Assembly (NCBI GenBank): GCA_030141605.1 | Contig: JAQGDQ010000223.1 | Location: 194,204-258,203, forward strand | DNA length: 64,000 nt | Source: Tubiluchus corallicola | Taxonomy: Eukaryota; Animalia; Priapulida | Direction: 5' to 3' | Shown: piece after piece, positions 60,561 through 64,000 of the stretch | Layout: every line of letters begins with the position of its first letter | Numbering within the stretch: the first letter of the stretch is position 1 | Translations under genes and position numbers: made by a program | Notes under the pieces: model-generated | Told to the model about the DNA's origin: nothing | Seen by the model: the letters and a program-made list of their open reading frames with translations, nothing else | Database searches by the model: none

Positions 60561-63500
60561 ATGCGGTCATGTTCCCTTATAATTAACGCTGTCATTTTTA
60601 TGAAAAAAAGGCTCATGTCCTTACGAACTGTTCCTACTGCAGCTTTGAAGCTGCTGACATGGGAGTAATGTATAAGTGCTTTTGAGGCGTGGCATATATT
60701 CGTTCTTGGTTCATCTCCTGGTAAAGTCATTATCTTAATATTTTCGTAAAAATCTGCTATCTCATGGAAAGACGTTATTTGTGGTTTTGTTACATTACAG
60801 TTAAAACTGTCCCATTAAAATTGTGATGATATCATCATTGTCATTGCCAATAAATGAAAATTTACGCTTGATTTGAAGAAATGAATAAGATTTTCGGCTT
60901 GAATTTCGAAGATTCACATATGATTTTGATAAATACGACGTACCAGGTAATATTTTGACGAGTACAAGCACTCTTCAAAGCCGATTGCTATTTATTGTAT
61001 TCGATTGAGACTGAGGAATTCAAATGTCTTTATGAATGGTTAGCCTAGCTTGCTCGGACCATAGAAGACTTAGTTACACGACCAATATTTTCATAAGATC
61101 CATTTTCATGAGATTTCTGATAAGCCCACCTGATTTACAAAATAAGTGCCAAGTTGAATTCAAATGAATTAATTCTATATTCCCTTATGGTTCCCGTCAT
61201 TCTTGATCATCACATACGTTCTGTGTTATAGGTGTGTTTGGTGGGGGTTGACGAGGTTGGCTCGAACGGATAAGGTCAATTTCATAGGATGCATAAAGTT
61301 CTTTAGAAGGTCATACAAGTGCATGCAAAATTAAGACGAGAAAGAAAGAGCATCTTGAGTAAAATTGAGAGATTGTGTAAAATTTTGCTTGTCTAACGAG
61401 TTGTTATTAGTAAAATAAATGATAAATCTTTTCCCTACAATCTTCTTTTTTGGATAACCAAGCAAGCTTTATTATTATTATCATTATGGTTATTATTTTA
61501 ATTCGTACCATAAGAGATAAAGCCACATATACATACAAACAACATATAATAAGGAATGGTTAGTACAAGCACACGAAAAAGAACGAAATTAGTATGCATA
61601 AAATAAAAAATTTATGAAAATGACAGTAATCGTATGTAAAAATATCGTTAATTTTTATTTATTCTTCACAGAGAATTTCGTAAACATACATTAAAAGCAT
61701 TAACAACTTGCTTTTTAACATTCACCAAATTTTAAAGATAAGCAATACTTTCTTCTTAAATTAAATGACTATCGTTAGCTAAATACAATTATATTACAAG
61801 ATAATGAAATTTAACACAAATAAATTCGATCAGCCGTTACATAAGTGCTAATCAACTATAAAGAGTGACATGCAGGATATTGCAAATTTACTGAAATTTA
61901 CTGTTGATAGCAAAAACTGCAATAGGATAGAAAGTCCTGGTGGCTTTAGCGTTGAGTGAACGATGTCTCAGGCGAGAAGGGAGATATTCAAAAAAATTAT
62001 TACCAGTATAAAACACTCGTCACTAATGATAACTTGCTCTCTTTTTGTAACCCTTGTTTCGTACAAATGATCCCGTATACACTTTTGCTTTTGCAGCAAA
62101 ATTCATTTTTCACGTTTGTAAAAATGTCTTTTGATATAGCAGCTCAAATTGATTCTTTTCTCACCTGTAATTAGAGTGACCGCTAACCTGAGGACATTGC
62201 CGCTTTCAGTTTTTGCAGTCATAATAGAGTACTATACGATCTGTGTAAATGACAGCTTACGAGACCACATCTGTGTCACTGTAACAACTTTAACAGTTAC
62301 ACGGCCTTTTAAACAGCCAATTTCACTCATTTGTTCCTTTCGTGGCATGTTGATGTCACTGTCCTGAGCTTCTTGAACAACAAACCCATTTGTTACCAAG
62401 TTTGAAAGGCAGGAAATTAGTGATGGACGATTAATGGATTAATCGAATCAATTGAGATTACAACCATGTATAAATCGATATAATCGAAAATTGTACAGTA
62501 ATTCAATTAATCGTGAGTAATCTATAGCAAAATACGCACTAACTAGAAGGCAGTGTTTTAGCACAAATAAATGGAACTCTTGCATTTTTTCTTCGTTTTT
62601 ATCACCTTACACAATGCGCACAATTGTAAGCTACAGAGTTGCGAACTACATATAGGGGCTTCAAATTCGTTTTCACGTGACGTCTGTAGTGACGGAGTAA
62701 TAAAGAAGTTAATGAATGTGCGTGTCTATAAAAACAGTTTGCGGTTACGAAAATGGCAGACAGCCACGAAAGCCATGAAGAAGTTTATAGGCTCAATTTC
62801 AGTCCTGCAATGTTTGAAAAATATGGCTAAACACTAAAAAATCCGCAAAATATTAATCGTGATATCGAATTACAAGAACAAAGATTATAATCGATCTTCA
62901 AAATTTACAAAATCGAATTTTGTACGTATATAATGCATAAATTACCACGATTACTGTGTTTATTCGAGTATTGATATTTATCTGTATTTACCTATTCTTG
63001 TCGCACTTGTGTTACTGATATATCTTCAAGACTTTTTGTATTTAATTTATTGTCTTTATACTAACTTTATGCTGTATTGTCGTTTTTATTGTATTGTCTT
63101 TGTAAAACTGTACTACATGTACGAAATAAATTGTATATATGACACATAACTCGCACAGCAGTTCAGTTATTTCTTCCTCAAATAAAGGACATCGCGTTTT
63201 ACTCGCTCGCTGGAGCCATCAGTCATGTAACTAGTGAACTAATTTTGACTTTACCTACCTAAAATTAAGTCTGACGCTTAATTAAACTCATTGATCACAT
63301 CATTTGATTTATTGTGCCAGTGTTTGGCGATCTGGGGTCATTACAGAGTCATGCGCGAGTTGATCAACATTAATTACATGAACAAAACTAGAATAATCAA
63401 AGGGATATCGTTTCGAAACAATGTCAAAAGTCACGCATTGCAATCTGGCCCATATAGCCATAATACCATTAAAAGGTAAGAATAAAGGATCGAATTGGGA

Positions 63501-64000
63501 TTATATTACAGCACTCCCGTGTGCGTCATGCATACAGTGGTACTGGTAAAACCGTTATTCCATGTAATGAAAAAGTGCTAAATGAAAGGCTCAGCTGAGC
63601 AAGGTAAGTATTTCACTGTATTTAATAAAAATTAAAGTTTAAAGACTTTAGATTCATCATTTTATAATGTTGTCATTAGCAACAAAGAATAGTATGGTAT
63701 CTAATATTTAGAAATCTTATTCGCAAAAGAAATACAACGGTAAAACAACGGGCGCTGCCATTAGTGTTTAAAATTCTTTTCGGTAATAATTGTTTTAAAC
63801 GCTCTTACTTTAGCCAACACTACATACAGCTGTAACGCTCGTGACAAAGTGCCATATTTTGTTTCCTCAAATACAGGACTTCGTGGTTACTCGTAAAATG
63901 TAGTCGAACTTTTTTGGACCACTAAGTCAAAAAACATTTTGGCCTCATCTAGAGTGCGATGCCAAGCAGGAAGATTAGGCTTAAATGAAGACAATATATT

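Overview
AT-rich, intron-containing eukaryotic (metazoan invertebrate-type) genomic DNA. It is not prokaryotic: no CRISPR array, operon or rRNA was seen. I reconstructed five protein-coding genes by hand from GT-AG splice sites and reading-frame continuity. (1) An SLC5-family sodium:solute symporter (SMCT/SLC5A8-A12-A6-like), minus strand, exons 1-10, running off the left edge. (2) A PRC1/MAP65-Ase1 cytokinesis gene, minus strand, 14 coding exons, ~595 aa. (3) A two-exon ODAD4/TTC25 motile-cilia gene nested antisense in the ~10 kb PRC1 intron 11, with its own X-box/forkhead/CRE promoter motifs. (4) An intronless secreted pentraxin-domain protein with unusual helical flanks. (5) A secreted Gly/Tyr-rich protein. 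Introns and intergenic DNA carry a 57-copy 24-bp minisatellite, LINE fragments, Tc1/pogo and PIF/Harbinger MITEs, tRNA-derived elements, microsatellites and three perfect fold-back inverted duplications next to (TA)n tracts. Family calls come from motif recall, not database searches.
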